DNA of 64,000 nucleotides from a virus (Duplodnaviria; Caudoviricetes), in the IMG/VR virus record IMGVR_UViG_3300048881_000780; one strand, written 5' to 3'. The notes beneath the pieces were generated by a model, which ran no database searches, was not told the DNA's origin, and saw only the letters and a program-made list of their open reading frames with translations. Positions 19,911 to 29,710 of this stretch are shown piece by piece. The position numbers and the translations under genes were made by a program. Numbering within the stretch: position 1 is the stretch's first letter; every line of letters begins with the position of its first letter.

Positions 19911-20482
19911 AATATAAAGTATCCGAAGTACCTCAGTATATTAGTGTTGAATATAATACCGAAATTGGTTTTGGTCACCTCAGAGAGTGGCTAGAAGCTC
20001 TAGATCAAGAAACTAAAGAAAACTTTGGCAGTAATTACTGTCTAGATCTTATCCCCGACTTCCAAAGAGGACATGTTTGGTCACTGGATCAAAAGGTGGC
20101 CTTTGTCGAGCACGTTTTAATGGGTGGTCGATCGGGACTGGAAATTCTATTTAATGCAACCTTTTACGCTAAATCTAGTGATGGAATCCCAATGGATTCA
20201 TACTGCGTAGATGGTCTACAGAGAATAAGTGCAGTTCTAGATTTTTTAGACGAGAAGTTTAAAGTATTTCCTCATTTAAACAATGGTGGATTGTTAGCAT
20301 CTGACTTTAGAGATCAAAGAAGACTTAAGCAATTTAGATTTAAAGTTCAAGTTGGATCATTTCAAACTAGAGCAGAAATTCTAGAGTGGTACCTCCAAGT
20401 TAATAGTGGTGGAACCCCACACACTAAAGAAGAGCTTGAAAGAGTTAGAAAGCTTCTTAAAAATGAATCCTCGAGAAAGTAG
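19907..20482 (+). CDS. DUF262 (ParB-fold) domain protein
   Basis: PDFQRGHVW, VDGLQR, NSGGTPH. Confidence 0.85.
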   Translation: MKYKVSEVPQYISVEYNTEIGFGHLREWLEALDQETKENFGSNYCLDLIPDFQRGHVWSLDQKVAFVEHVLMGGRSGLEILFNATFYAKSSDGIPMDSYCVDGLQRISAVLDFLDEKFKVFPHLNNGGLLASDFRDQRRLKQFRFKVQVGSFQTRAEILEWYLQVNSGGTPHTKEELERVRKLLKNESSRK

Positions 20483-21210
20483 TGATTCAGAAGAGGCCAT
20501 TAATTATTCACATTAACTTTAGAATGGATAGAGATTATGAACCTCTTATTTTACCAAATATAGAAAAAGGGTCGTGGATTCAATTTACAGACTTAGAAAA
20601 AGATAGAATTTATCTAAAGGAAAATAGCACAGAAGATCTCCCCTATACAACTGATGGCCTATATAAAATTAAGACCCATGGAAATATCCCAATTGCAAGA
20701 CTAATTAAAGACTGTAAACAACTTAGAAAATCGATTTTCAAGATAGAAAGTGGTGATCACCACTTCTATGGCAATTCAATCATTAAAGGGTGCTCTAATC
20801 TTAAAGAATTTATCTCCACTGGTTCTTGCCAAGTTTATAATGCTGGCAGTATGTTTGAAAATTGCACCTCCTTAGGTATTGTAGATATACAAACTATGTC
20901 ATTTTTTGAATGTCACTTTATGAGTTATATGTTTTACAATTGTAAAAAATTAAAAGAGATAAAGTTCCCCACTAACTTTGGTCGACAAATTGGAAATCTT
21001 CACTCTATGTTTTATGGGTGTAATTCTCTAAAAGATATTGATATGGAAGGCTTTAGACCAACTCTTTCAAATTGTAACATCGAAGATATCAGAAAGTACT
21101 GCCCTGCTAGAATAAGAATTAATAAAACCCTAAGAAAGTGGTCCCCTTTTAAAGATAACCTGGATTTCTACACTCAATCTGTAAATGATTGGATTCAATC
21201 GATATCGTAG
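20482..21210 (+). CDS. DUF285/BspA-like repeat protein with NxW tail
   Basis: SMFENCTSL, YMFYNCKKL, SMFYGCNSL repeats; ends NDWIQSIS. Confidence 0.75.
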   Translation: MIQKRPLIIHINFRMDRDYEPLILPNIEKGSWIQFTDLEKDRIYLKENSTEDLPYTTDGLYKIKTHGNIPIARLIKDCKQLRKSIFKIESGDHHFYGNSIIKGCSNLKEFISTGSCQVYNAGSMFENCTSLGIVDIQTMSFFECHFMSYMFYNCKKLKEIKFPTNFGRQIGNLHSMFYGCNSLKDIDMEGFRPTLSNCNIEDIRKYCPARIRINKTLRKWSPFKDNLDFYTQSVNDWIQSIS

Positions 21211-21237
21211 GATATTAAGCAAGAGTAAAAAAACATC

Positions 21238-21254
21238 TTAACACCTTACGTTAA
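21238..21254 (+). promoter_or_regulatory. palindrome/-35
   Basis: TTAACACCTTACGTTAA, 17 bp to TATAAT (21261). Confidence 0.75.
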
Positions 21255-21285
21255 AAAATGTATAATACTATACAAAGGGGAGCAC

Positions 21286-21678
21286 ATGAAAAAAATATAC
21301 ATAATTAAAGTCACAGATCCAGAAGAAGGCACTTTCTATGCTAGCTCATACGATGATAAAGAGAAAGCTGAACTTTATATGGTTAAAACTAATCTCGAGG
21401 TAAATTCTGACAATATCCAAAAAGCAGAATTAGCTTCCGTGCAGTTAGAATACTTTTATAAAAATATTTATTACAACCCAAAAACATTAGAGATATCGGC
21501 CCGCATGTCTGATGCGTTTAATACAAGAATCTTTTTTGACGAGGGGAAACTTAGAGCAGAAAGAAAGTCTGAATTACTTGATAACATTAAGACTCTCAAA
21601 GCGATACAAGATGCAAAACCTGTTATCCCAGTAAGCGAGGACGTTCCATCTTTTGATGATATCATAGGTAGGTTATAG
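21286..21678 (+). CDS. hypothetical protein
   Basis: GGGGAG RBS. Confidence 0.65.
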   Translation: MKKIYIIKVTDPEEGTFYASSYDDKEKAELYMVKTNLEVNSDNIQKAELASVQLEYFYKNIYYNPKTLEISARMSDAFNTRIFFDEGKLRAERKSELLDNIKTLKAIQDAKPVIPVSEDVPSFDDIIGRL

Positions 21679-22077
21679 TTTATCTTTACTTCTATTTAAT
21701 AAATCTTTATTCGTAGAAGATAAGAAGCTCTTACACCAAGAAATCAAATCTTTTCTGAAATCTGCAAAGAGATCGAACTTAAAGACTTTTGTCTCGGTCT
21801 CTTTTTGCCATGGGTATTTATAGTAGAAAACAATTAATTCAGAATCGGCTATCTCAAATTTGTAATTGGCAAAAGAAAAGGATTCTTTAGTACCTGTAAA
21901 AAGCTCTAAGAGTCCTCTTAATTCTCTTCTTGATAATTCTATTTCATCTATTCTGGTTATTCTGTTTTTTAAAAACAGAATAGGTCTAACTATATCACTT
22001 TCTACAATTTCAAAGTACATTACAACCCTTGATTTATCAGTGACTAGCTCTGTTATACCTCTTCTGTCTTCGAACAT
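21673..22077 (-). CDS. hypothetical protein
   Basis: 134-aa ORF. Confidence 0.55.
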   Translation of the reverse strand: MFEDRRGITELVTDKSRVVMYFEIVESDIVRPILFLKNRITRIDEIELSRRELRGLLELFTGTKESFSFANYKFEIADSELIVFYYKYPWQKETETKVFKFDLFADFRKDLISWCKSFLSSTNKDLLNRSKDKL

Positions 22078-22133
22078 AAATATTTCTCACTACTATTGTT
22101 ATATATCTGTAATTATACCATATTAGCAATTAG

Positions 22134-22150
22134 TTAACACAACTTGTTAA
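22134..22150. promoter_or_regulatory. palindrome just upstream of a TTGACC/TATACT promoter
   Basis: TTAACACAACTTGTTAA. Confidence 0.7.
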
Positions 22151-22193
22151 TAATTAATTGACCATTATCAGATTAATAAGTTATACTTAGATT

Positions 22194-22352
22194 GATCCAA
22201 TGTGAATCTCACCTCTTGGTTCAAACAGAGGAGACTCTGGCCCTAGGACTCATAAGCGAGATGGCGATATCTTTGATCATTTAATTGCTTAAAATCTTTA
22301 TAATTATGCAATTTTGATAATTCCTAGACTCAGATTTATACTTGCATTGGTG
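22194..22352 (+). ncRNA. candidate structured leader RNA, copy 2
   Basis: Closing stem CCAATGTGA/TTGCATTGG, hairpin CCTCT/AGAGG, stem CTAGGA/TCCTAG, hairpin AATTGC/GCAATT; motif shared with copy 1. Confidence 0.6.
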
Positions 22353-22362
22353 CGGAGATTTT

Positions 22363-23082
22363 ATGAAAAACCTAATTATTCAAACAAAAGAAGATCTACA
22401 AAAAGCGAAAGAGGATTTTAAAAACTCCTACTTTAATAACTTTAATCAAAAAATAAGAAACTCAAAAGTTGAAGCCTTTATGGCCGACTTCTATGGTTTC
22501 AAAGATTATAATTCGCTACTTGGTTCATTTAAGAATGAAGCTATGAAATTTAGCAGTTTTAATGAAATGCTCTCCTATTTTCAAGGTGAAAGTGCCACTT
22601 ATGAAGAAAAGGTTCATATTGCGTCAAAATACTTTCCATTAAATATGGGAATGGTTGAATCTTCGGGCAATAAAAACTTGGGGGTAATTGTAGCAGTTGA
22701 AGATGGACCTACTATGAGTTGTTATCGGGACGTAGAAGAGCTTTATGTGTGGTTTAACTTCTTTAATAGGTCTAAGCTCAATAAATCTATTGAGAAGGCC
22801 GTAGAGCGCTCTAGAGAGCCCGTATTATCTAAATCAAGGAAGAGATATGCTCTCGATGATATACTTCCTCATGAAAATATTAACGATGACTATTATGACA
22901 AAGAGGAATACACCAAGACGTTGTATCATTTGATCTATTTTTACCGAGAATTATTCAATGGTAGCTACCGTCAAGCAATGAAAGATGCGCTAGATTTTTT
23001 GTATTTCACTGCCCAAAAAGAAGAGGTTGAAATTGCTGTTTTTAGAGATAGAAAAGATGGCGTTATCTCACTCGCAAAATAA
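22363..23082 (+). CDS. protein with Glyoxalase_8-like N-terminal domain (paralog of 2914-3645)
   Basis: ATG after GGAG; shared N-terminus and shared FYRE(L/I)F.G...DFL.F C-terminal block. Confidence 0.7.
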   Translation: MKNLIIQTKEDLQKAKEDFKNSYFNNFNQKIRNSKVEAFMADFYGFKDYNSLLGSFKNEAMKFSSFNEMLSYFQGESATYEEKVHIASKYFPLNMGMVESSGNKNLGVIVAVEDGPTMSCYRDVEELYVWFNFFNRSKLNKSIEKAVERSREPVLSKSRKRYALDDILPHENINDDYYDKEEYTKTLYHLIYFYRELFNGSYRQAMKDALDFLYFTAQKEEVEIAVFRDRKDGVISLAK

Positions 23083-23096
23083 GTTAGGAGAAGTTA

Positions 23097-23369
23097 ATGA
23101 AAATTGTGAAAGTAATAGTTATGATCTTAATGTCAATTTCACTTAATGCAAAAACGGTTACCCTTAAAGATATTAAAGTTGGTGGCTGTTTTACAACTTC
23201 AGCTACTATTAATTTTTCTAGTAATCCATATATCTTGCATATAAAATTAAGCGCTAATACTTACGGGCATATCTATCGTGGTTCTCATCTAATAGTGGAA
23301 GAGGAGCGTTTTTCTCATCATATAGTTACACCTATCCCATGCTTTGGATATTACAAGATTCACAATTGA
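23097..23369 (+). CDS. small secreted protein
   Basis: Signal peptide ending SLNA. Confidence 0.6.
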   Translation: MKIVKVIVMILMSISLNAKTVTLKDIKVGGCFTTSATINFSSNPYILHIKLSANTYGHIYRGSHLIVEEERFSHHIVTPIPCFGYYKIHN

Positions 23370-23382
23370 CACATCATGTTAA
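23366..23382 (+). promoter_or_regulatory. palindrome/-35
   Basis: TTGACACATCATGTTAA, 17 bp to TATAAT. Confidence 0.8.
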
Positions 23383-23422
23383 ATAATATATAATAGAGAT
23401 AACCAACAAAGGACATTATCCA

Positions 23423-23614
23423 ATGAACCAAGCAAGTTACTCTTTTATTGAATTATCAAAGAAATCTCAAGAAAAGGCCATTTTAGACTATCAGAATGGT
23501 TGGAGAGAAACTCACCCAAATGACTCTCTTAGTGATGGAGACGTTGTTTCAATTTTAACGACTGATTTAAAGTGCGATAGATATAAATCAGACGGATCTC
23601 TAACAGTAGACTAA
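23423..23614 (+). CDS. hypothetical protein
   Basis: YSFIELSKKSQEKAI phage-like N-terminus. Confidence 0.55.
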   Translation: MNQASYSFIELSKKSQEKAILDYQNGWRETHPNDSLSDGDVVSILTTDLKCDRYKSDGSLTVD

Positions 23615-23625
23615 TCGGATATCCC

Positions 23626-24036
23626 ATGAATAGAGAAGAAATTGAAACTATAAATCTATTAATTTCTAAATTCATGGGTGTTGAATATTGTAAGTGTTGT
23701 GATGATGGATGGGATGGAGTTTCAAGATCCTTGCACGCTAATTGCAAAAAGTGCGCAAAACCTCATACGACCAATCTTGCCTGTCAAAATAAGTATACTA
23801 ATTCCATAGAGTCTTATTCGGAGGTCTGGAATAAACTTTTAAGGGACTATGGAATTAAAGTAGAAACTCATTTGATTTCAGAAGATATATATCAAATTTT
23901 CTTTGAAAGTAAGTGTAATGCCGTTCTCGTTGAATACAAGTCTAAAGATAAAGAATCAATGGTTCATGCTTACGCCAGGGCCACTAGTGAAATTGTTGAT
24001 ATCGTTCTTGAGTCTTACAATAATGATCGATTCTAA
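23626..24036 (+). CDS. phage ABA-sandwich-like hypothetical protein with Cys cluster
   Basis: INLLISKFMG...YTNSIES resembles 57611-57928. Confidence 0.5.
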   Translation: MNREEIETINLLISKFMGVEYCKCCDDGWDGVSRSLHANCKKCAKPHTTNLACQNKYTNSIESYSEVWNKLLRDYGIKVETHLISEDIYQIFFESKCNAVLVEYKSKDKESMVHAYARATSEIVDIVLESYNNDRF

Positions 24037-24039
24037 CCA

Positions 24040-24126
24040 ACTTCTTGGGATATTTTTACAAAACCCCTAACTTTTTGGGATATTTTCACGAACTCCACTA
24101 CTTGTTGGGTTATTTTCACTAAAACT
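24040..24126. repeat. imperfect 30-bp direct repeat x3
   Basis: ACTTnTTGGGwTATTTTyACnAA at 24040, 24070 and 24100. Confidence 0.8.
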
Positions 24127-24133
24127 AGAAATT

Positions 24134-24682
24134 TTAATAATCACATCTAGCGTGAAACTGTACTCCCTTTATTGTGAATTTAAGAAGATCCGCCTTTACA
24201 CCCTCTTCTTTTATATCAAAGTGTTCAAGATCTCCAATGTAATTACTTGGTGGAAGGTGATCAAGAATACTAGAATGTCCCAGAAAAATAGAGACAGATT
24301 TATATTGAGATACTTTTAAATCCTTATTAACTTTTTCAACGACTTCATCGATGATATCAGTGGCCATTTGTTGAGATGTCCTAAATAACTCTTCACAGAT
24401 TATATTAGTTGCCGCATTTAATAGGGCCTTAGTTTTTGACACTCTTTGAATGTATAAGGCCGTTAACTCCTCATCTTCTTCAATAATAGACATGATCTCG
24501 TAGGTATCCATATCTAGTGATTCGGTTCCATCAGTCTGAACACTTACTTCCATAATATCAGCTTTTAACTCTTCAATATCTTTAAGTTGTACTCTTTTAC
24601 TAAAGGCCTCTTCAAGCCTTCTCTTGCATAAGTTTTTAATTGAGTCTGTGGCCTTTATGGATAGTGATTCTAAATTTAACAT
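24134..24682 (-). CDS. hypothetical protein
   Basis: 182-aa ORF, AAGGA RBS. Confidence 0.65.
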   Translation of the reverse strand: MLNLESLSIKATDSIKNLCKRRLEEAFSKRVQLKDIEELKADIMEVSVQTDGTESLDMDTYEIMSIIEEDEELTALYIQRVSKTKALLNAATNIICEELFRTSQQMATDIIDEVVEKVNKDLKVSQYKSVSIFLGHSSILDHLPPSNYIGDLEHFDIKEEGVKADLLKFTIKGVQFHARCDY

Positions 24683-24791
24683 ATGGTTATTCCTTATTTT
24701 AAGTTTCTTATTTCACTTATCGTAAATTGATTAGTGAAGGTTCTAATTTATGGGTAAATTTCTTATATAGGAGCTCTAAAATAGGAGTAAA

Positions 24792-25460
24792 TTAATCATC
24801 TAAACTCTTTATCCAAGAGTTATCTATAGAGATCTTTGGTTCTATTATTGTGATATTTTCAGATTGTGACTTAAATAAGTGCGCGTTGTAAGGTGAAACT
24901 AGGACCTCTTTTAAGTAGTGGCACCCTTCGAAGATATGGTCAATATTAACATCTTTACTTAGTTTAACTTTTGAAAAATCAAGAACCTCTAGTTTTGTGC
25001 AATTTGCAAACATTCCCTTCATATCTTTAACATTTGTTAAATCAATATTTGATAAATCAACATTTTCAATTCCAGATGACTGAAACATTACTTTCATATC
25101 TTCAAGTTTGTTAAAACTTGAATCTTTAAAAGAAACCTTCTTAAGAGAGAAGGCCATCCTAAACATATCATCCATGCTTCGCCAGTCACAATCCCCAAAA
25201 CTAATGACCTCGGTTGCGTAACACATTAATCCAAGAGCAGTTGCACATAAATTGCCACTAATTTTAATGATGTATTCTCCAGGGTCTTTATAAGTGTGAT
25301 ATAGTTTTTTTATATTCGAGTCATAGATATAAGACTCCTCTGAACCGTCTCCCCAATCTATATTAAAGTCTAATTCAGGGTAGTCTTGTAGTATCAGCTT
25401 TGGACTATGTAAAGGTCCTAATATTTGAATCTTAAATATAAAGGGCCTATCTCTATTCAT
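24792..25460 (-). CDS. PKD-like + DUF285/BspA-like repeat protein with NxW tail
   Basis: RPFIFKI, IDWGDG..HTY..PGEY, TNVKDMKGMFANC; ends NSWIKSLDD. Confidence 0.8.
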   Translation of the reverse strand: MNRDRPFIFKIQILGPLHSPKLILQDYPELDFNIDWGDGSEESYIYDSNIKKLYHTYKDPGEYIIKISGNLCATALGLMCYATEVISFGDCDWRSMDDMFRMAFSLKKVSFKDSSFNKLEDMKVMFQSSGIENVDLSNIDLTNVKDMKGMFANCTKLEVLDFSKVKLSKDVNIDHIFEGCHYLKEVLVSPYNAHLFKSQSENITIIEPKISIDNSWIKSLDD

Positions 25461-25850
25461 CTAACTCTCTATCGCCAGAGCAACTGACTTTAAGTATGAG
25501 AGGAGGCAATTTTCATCATGGCCACTATCTAAGTACTTTTCTACATATTTAAATATACTTGGATGATCAAAGATTTCATCATTATTTACATCTTCTTCGG
25601 TTTCCCATAGATCTGAAAAACTTACTAAGAAGGTCGTAAATAATTCAATCATATCCTCTATATTTAAGTACTCGAGTTCTCTAAGGTAGCTAAATTCATT
25701 ATGATCCACCATTTTTAACCATCTTCCTAGATCAGATTTCGAGACCTCTAGCATATCTGCCAGGTTTTCAATATTAAATATTTCACCGTAATTCTTATTT
25801 ACGGCAGATATTAATCTCATCGAATAATGTAGTTTTGCGTACTTATCCAT
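25461..25850 (-). CDS. hypothetical protein with possible HTH
   Basis: IENLADMLEVSKSDLGRWL. Confidence 0.55.
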   Translation of the reverse strand: MDKYAKLHYSMRLISAVNKNYGEIFNIENLADMLEVSKSDLGRWLKMVDHNEFSYLRELEYLNIEDMIELFTTFLVSFSDLWETEEDVNNDEIFDHPSIFKYVEKYLDSGHDENCLLSYLKSVALAIES

Positions 25851-25916
25851 TTTATTCTCTTTGCTAGCTGTGGTTTTTAAATTTTACTACTACCTATCGA
25901 CTTTTAAAAGCAAAAC

Positions 25917-25933
25917 TTAACACCACTTGTTAA
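25917..25933. promoter_or_regulatory. palindrome/-35
   Basis: TTAACACCACTTGTTAA. Confidence 0.7.
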
Positions 25934-25981
25934 AGTATGGATTATGATATAAACTACAGGAACACTACACCTAGAGGAATT

Positions 25982-26629
25982 ATGGAATTCATAAAGTTCA
26001 ACTTCAACTTCATCTGTTTTGCGATTGTGAGTCTACTTGCCGCAACTGGGATCATTCTATTGATTGAAACTATCATAACCAAAATATTAGCTTCATATAA
26101 TAAATGCAGATCTGTTTCTGTTCCTATCGGGAATGACGACTCATTTAGGTTTGAGTACAATGTTTTAAAATCAGAGAAACCTCTCTATCTAGATTCATAT
26201 TATGATAAAAGGATTATGGAACACATAACCGACATTTTAAAGCATAGTGAAGTAGATTTAGAAGATATCAATGTCTTTATGGGAAATCCTTTTCATAATT
26301 TTCAGTTGAATAAATTAAAAAATAAGTACGACATACGAGTAAAAAGTATCAATGGGCTTAACTTCTTTGCAGGCACTAATTATACTGGAAAGTCTAGGGT
26401 TACATTGGAACAAGATAGTTTAACTCTCCAAACTAGCCTTCATTATAAAGTAGAATTTCCTAGTAACTTAATTCTCAGAGAGTCATACAATGAACTAATG
26501 AAAAACCTTAGTTTCCCGCGACCTATAAAGTCTAGTGATGATGCTAAAGAATTTATCCTGAAGTATCTAAACTCTATTTATCCGGGCAAGAAGTTTGTCG
26601 TAATCATCGAAAGCATCGAAATTAACTAA
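25982..26629 (+). CDS. membrane-anchored NPxxNF-family protein (paralog 2)
   Basis: TM helix; FMGNPFHNFQL. Confidence 0.75.
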   Translation: MEFIKFNFNFICFAIVSLLAATGIILLIETIITKILASYNKCRSVSVPIGNDDSFRFEYNVLKSEKPLYLDSYYDKRIMEHITDILKHSEVDLEDINVFMGNPFHNFQLNKLKNKYDIRVKSINGLNFFAGTNYTGKSRVTLEQDSLTLQTSLHYKVEFPSNLILRESYNELMKNLSFPRPIKSSDDAKEFILKYLNSIYPGKKFVVIIESIEIN

Positions 26630-26668
26630 TGGTCAATATTTAAGTGAACAAATCACAAAAGAGGAGTT

Positions 26669-27346
26669 ATGGCATATTTATTAAAGAATTACTTATGGGT
26701 TATCGGACTTGCTTTAATTACTACCGTAACATATCGCCTTTATTATTGGTGGATAGAATCAACAAATCAAGAGCACTTAGAATTTTGTAAAAAGTGGAGA
26801 TCCACTGCAATTACTCTTTTTTGTGAAGATATTTCTAAAACTTTTAATTTTAACTATGAATTAATCCCAGGTCATAGGTCTCTCGATATGGGAGCATGTT
26901 TTGATGAAATCATCAAAGATCATATAATTAGAGTCTATAAGAGTAATGGAACAAACTTAAACACCCTCAACACCTTCATGAAGAATCCTTGTCAAAACTT
27001 TATGATCAGAGATCTATTAAATAATCACGGTATTCTCATTAGAAGAATTAACAAAGTTAAGCTAAACGTGCAGTCAGATTATTCAGGAGAATGTCCTGCT
27101 ATTATCAGAGAGCATGATACTAACTATAATGTCTTAGTAGATTATCGGGTAGATTTTCCAGAATATCTCCAAATGAAAGAAACTTACGATGAATTGATGA
27201 GTGGGATGAGTGGATTAAAACTTCCCTCACCAATAGAACTTCACGATGACGCCAGGGATGCTATCTATAAATATCTAAACACAGTATACCCAGGCTTTAA
27301 GTTTGGAGTAACTATTTTAAAGGTCGAATTACAGGAGGCCCTGTAA
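26669..27346 (+). CDS. membrane-anchored NPxxNF-family protein (paralog 3)
   Basis: TM helix; FMKNPCQNFMI. Confidence 0.75.
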   Translation: MAYLLKNYLWVIGLALITTVTYRLYYWWIESTNQEHLEFCKKWRSTAITLFCEDISKTFNFNYELIPGHRSLDMGACFDEIIKDHIIRVYKSNGTNLNTLNTFMKNPCQNFMIRDLLNNHGILIRRINKVKLNVQSDYSGECPAIIREHDTNYNVLVDYRVDFPEYLQMKETYDELMSGMSGLKLPSPIELHDDARDAIYKYLNTVYPGFKFGVTILKVELQEAL

Positions 27347-28071
27347 TGTACTTCCGATATATAATTGTTGTTTTAATAATATATTTGGCTTATGCGGCAT
27401 TTAAATTCTTTAAAAGATGTAAAGAAAGCAAAAGGATAGACTTTTTAAATAGATTTAAATCAGCTCAAATAGCGCTTCAAATGGGGCCATTTAAAAAGAG
27501 TATTTTTATTATGTATACGCTCTCTAAGAGCAATACTAATATATTGTCCTTACAAGAATACCAAAAGATTGTAAGATCTCACTTCTTGAAGATCCATAAA
27601 TTAAATATGAATAGCATTCAGGATTTAAAGGATCTCTATAAGAACCCCTTTTTTAATTTTAGAGTTAAAGAGCTCTATGATCGATATGGAATTGTTATTC
27701 AAACTATCGATGGATTTAATTTTGACAATGTAGTCAAGGCGCCATCGAAAGCGATTGCAAGTAAGCACGGAAAATATTCACTCTCTGAGTACAATTATAA
27801 AAAAGAATCCCAATTAGAAGGAGTCTTTAACTCTACTTACGTTAGCGAGAATGGTTCGACTGAAGTTAGGATAGCGTATTCTGTAAAGGTTCCAAGAGAT
27901 AAACTCCTTAAACATTCATTTTCTGAGCTATCTAATAAAGTTGTCGACACAATTGACACTAGAAGTAAGAAGGAAGCTAAGGTCTATGTGAAAAAGTGTT
28001 TAAATGAGTCCTTCGTAGATTATGCGGATTATAATTTTGAAGTAATAATTACTGACATGAGGATTTCCTAA
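27346..28071 (+). CDS. membrane-anchored NPxxNF-family protein (paralog 4)
   Basis: TM helix; LYKNPFFNFRV. Confidence 0.75.
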   Translation: MYFRYIIVVLIIYLAYAAFKFFKRCKESKRIDFLNRFKSAQIALQMGPFKKSIFIMYTLSKSNTNILSLQEYQKIVRSHFLKIHKLNMNSIQDLKDLYKNPFFNFRVKELYDRYGIVIQTIDGFNFDNVVKAPSKAIASKHGKYSLSEYNYKKESQLEGVFNSTYVSENGSTEVRIAYSVKVPRDKLLKHSFSELSNKVVDTIDTRSKKEAKVYVKKCLNESFVDYADYNFEVIITDMRIS

Positions 28072-28892
28072 TGAATATTTTCTATGTGATTTATATTATT
28101 CCACTACTAATTCATTTCACTTTATTCTGTGTGAACCCTTCTTTTGAGATGTCATTCACTCTTGGACTTAACATAATCACCACTCTCTCTTTTGTGTTTA
28201 ATGAAAGAAAAATATTAGTTGCCATATTTAGTGCCACTGTTTGTGTTTATGCTCAAATATATAGCGCTAATTTCTTTTCAGATTCAAGCGAGGCCTACTT
28301 TAAAGGTGTTGCGCTTTATATATTATTTGAACTATTGAGATTATCTATTGGTAAAAGAAAGAAGATGTTCTCAAGAGCACTAGAGATGGTCCTTTTGGTC
28401 ATGATGTTAGTTATTAGTCATGTTAATATGATCATGTGTTTCAATTTTATTTCGGTTATATTATTTATATTTAATCATATAATTTATTTCTTCATTCTAT
28501 CTCCAAGATTAAATATGAAGATAATAGATTTTTTAAGATTTCGAGATTCTAGTAATAACTTTAAGTATATCAGTGTTTCAATAATGTCACCTACTCTACT
28601 TATGGCCTATTCTTGGGTAACTGACTTAATAACAATTAAAGAAGCTCTCTATCTCTCTATGGCAATGCTGGTACTTGAGAACTCCTTGTCTACTAAGAAT
28701 TTTTCAATATGGTCAAACAGAAGAGAGCGTAAGCACTTAGCTGGTTTATCGATTATCTCATTAATTAGTTTTCTCTATATTCACGATGTCCAGGTATTCA
28801 TTCTTGGATACTCCTATGTTGTTATTGCTATTTGTAATTACCTTGTAAATGTATATGAAGAAAATATTAAAATAATACGTAGAGGTGATTAA
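28071..28892 (+). CDS. polytopic membrane protein
   Basis: Many hydrophobic segments; TAATG coupled. Confidence 0.65.
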   Translation: MNIFYVIYIIPLLIHFTLFCVNPSFEMSFTLGLNIITTLSFVFNERKILVAIFSATVCVYAQIYSANFFSDSSEAYFKGVALYILFELLRLSIGKRKKMFSRALEMVLLVMMLVISHVNMIMCFNFISVILFIFNHIIYFFILSPRLNMKIIDFLRFRDSSNNFKYISVSIMSPTLLMAYSWVTDLITIKEALYLSMAMLVLENSLSTKNFSIWSNRRERKHLAGLSIISLISFLYIHDVQVFILGYSYVVIAICNYLVNVYEENIKIIRRGD

Positions 28893-29101
28893 TTAAAACA
28901 GCTTTAAATTTACCTACAATAATCGTATGTCTGATATGGGCCCTAATCATAGTCCATGGATTGATTTTGTTAATAATTAAAAGATATCAAGAAGACGAAG
29001 AGGATACGTTTAATTATGTAGACGATCAGGGAATAAATGAGAAATAAGTCGGTTTTTAGCGCTCTTAAAACCAGGTTAGTAGAATCAGTAAGGAGTACTC
29101 A

Positions 29102-29494
29102 ATGAAAAGAATTTTAGTTACGACACTTATACTTACAGCTTTAGTATATCCGATAAATCTATCTGCTTCAGTTGGATGGTTTCTCTTTGGTGCGGCAGTT
29201 GGGTCATCAAATTCAAATCCAAAGAAAACAACGATTACAAAAGGAAGAGTGAATCAATCCTCTCTATTTTTACTAGTTTCAGATAATGAGGATTGTCGGG
29301 CCCCCTATCGAAAAGAAGTAAAGAAATCAAATGATCGAAAAGTTGCAGTAAGGGTCACCGAGATAACATCATTTATTGAAGATAAGAGAGGATGCGTTAT
29401 CATTGAAACATATAATGGATCTGTTGGAGTGAGAATGAAGTTCGATCAATTCTTAAAAGAGTATAATGCTATTAAAGACTTACCCCTTAAATAG
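29102..29494 (+). CDS. secreted/membrane hypothetical protein
   Basis: Signal peptide, AAGGAG RBS. Confidence 0.65.
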   Translation: MKRILVTTLILTALVYPINLSASVGWFLFGAAVGSSNSNPKKTTITKGRVNQSSLFLLVSDNEDCRAPYRKEVKKSNDRKVAVRVTEITSFIEDKRGCVIIETYNGSVGVRMKFDQFLKEYNAIKDLPLK

Positions 29495-29503
29495 GAAACT
29501 TGT

Positions 29504-29710
29504 ATGAAGAAAGTTAATAAGCTGACTCAAAAATTACTTAAAATGAATAGAGAGAGGCAGACGGGTATATGTGGACAGGCCTTTACTAATTACAATTGCC
29601 TAGTTTGCGAAGATGACTTTTCTCACCCAAATACATGCACTCCTATGATCTGCCCAAATTGCACAACTGAATTAAAAAAGGAATTAAAAGATGACGAAGA
29701 TGAAAAATAA
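29504..29710 (+). CDS. small zinc-finger-like protein
   Basis: CLVC...CPNC. Confidence 0.6.
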   Translation: MKKVNKLTQKLLKMNRERQTGICGQAFTNYNCLVCEDDFSHPNTCTPMICPNCTTELKKELKDDEDEK

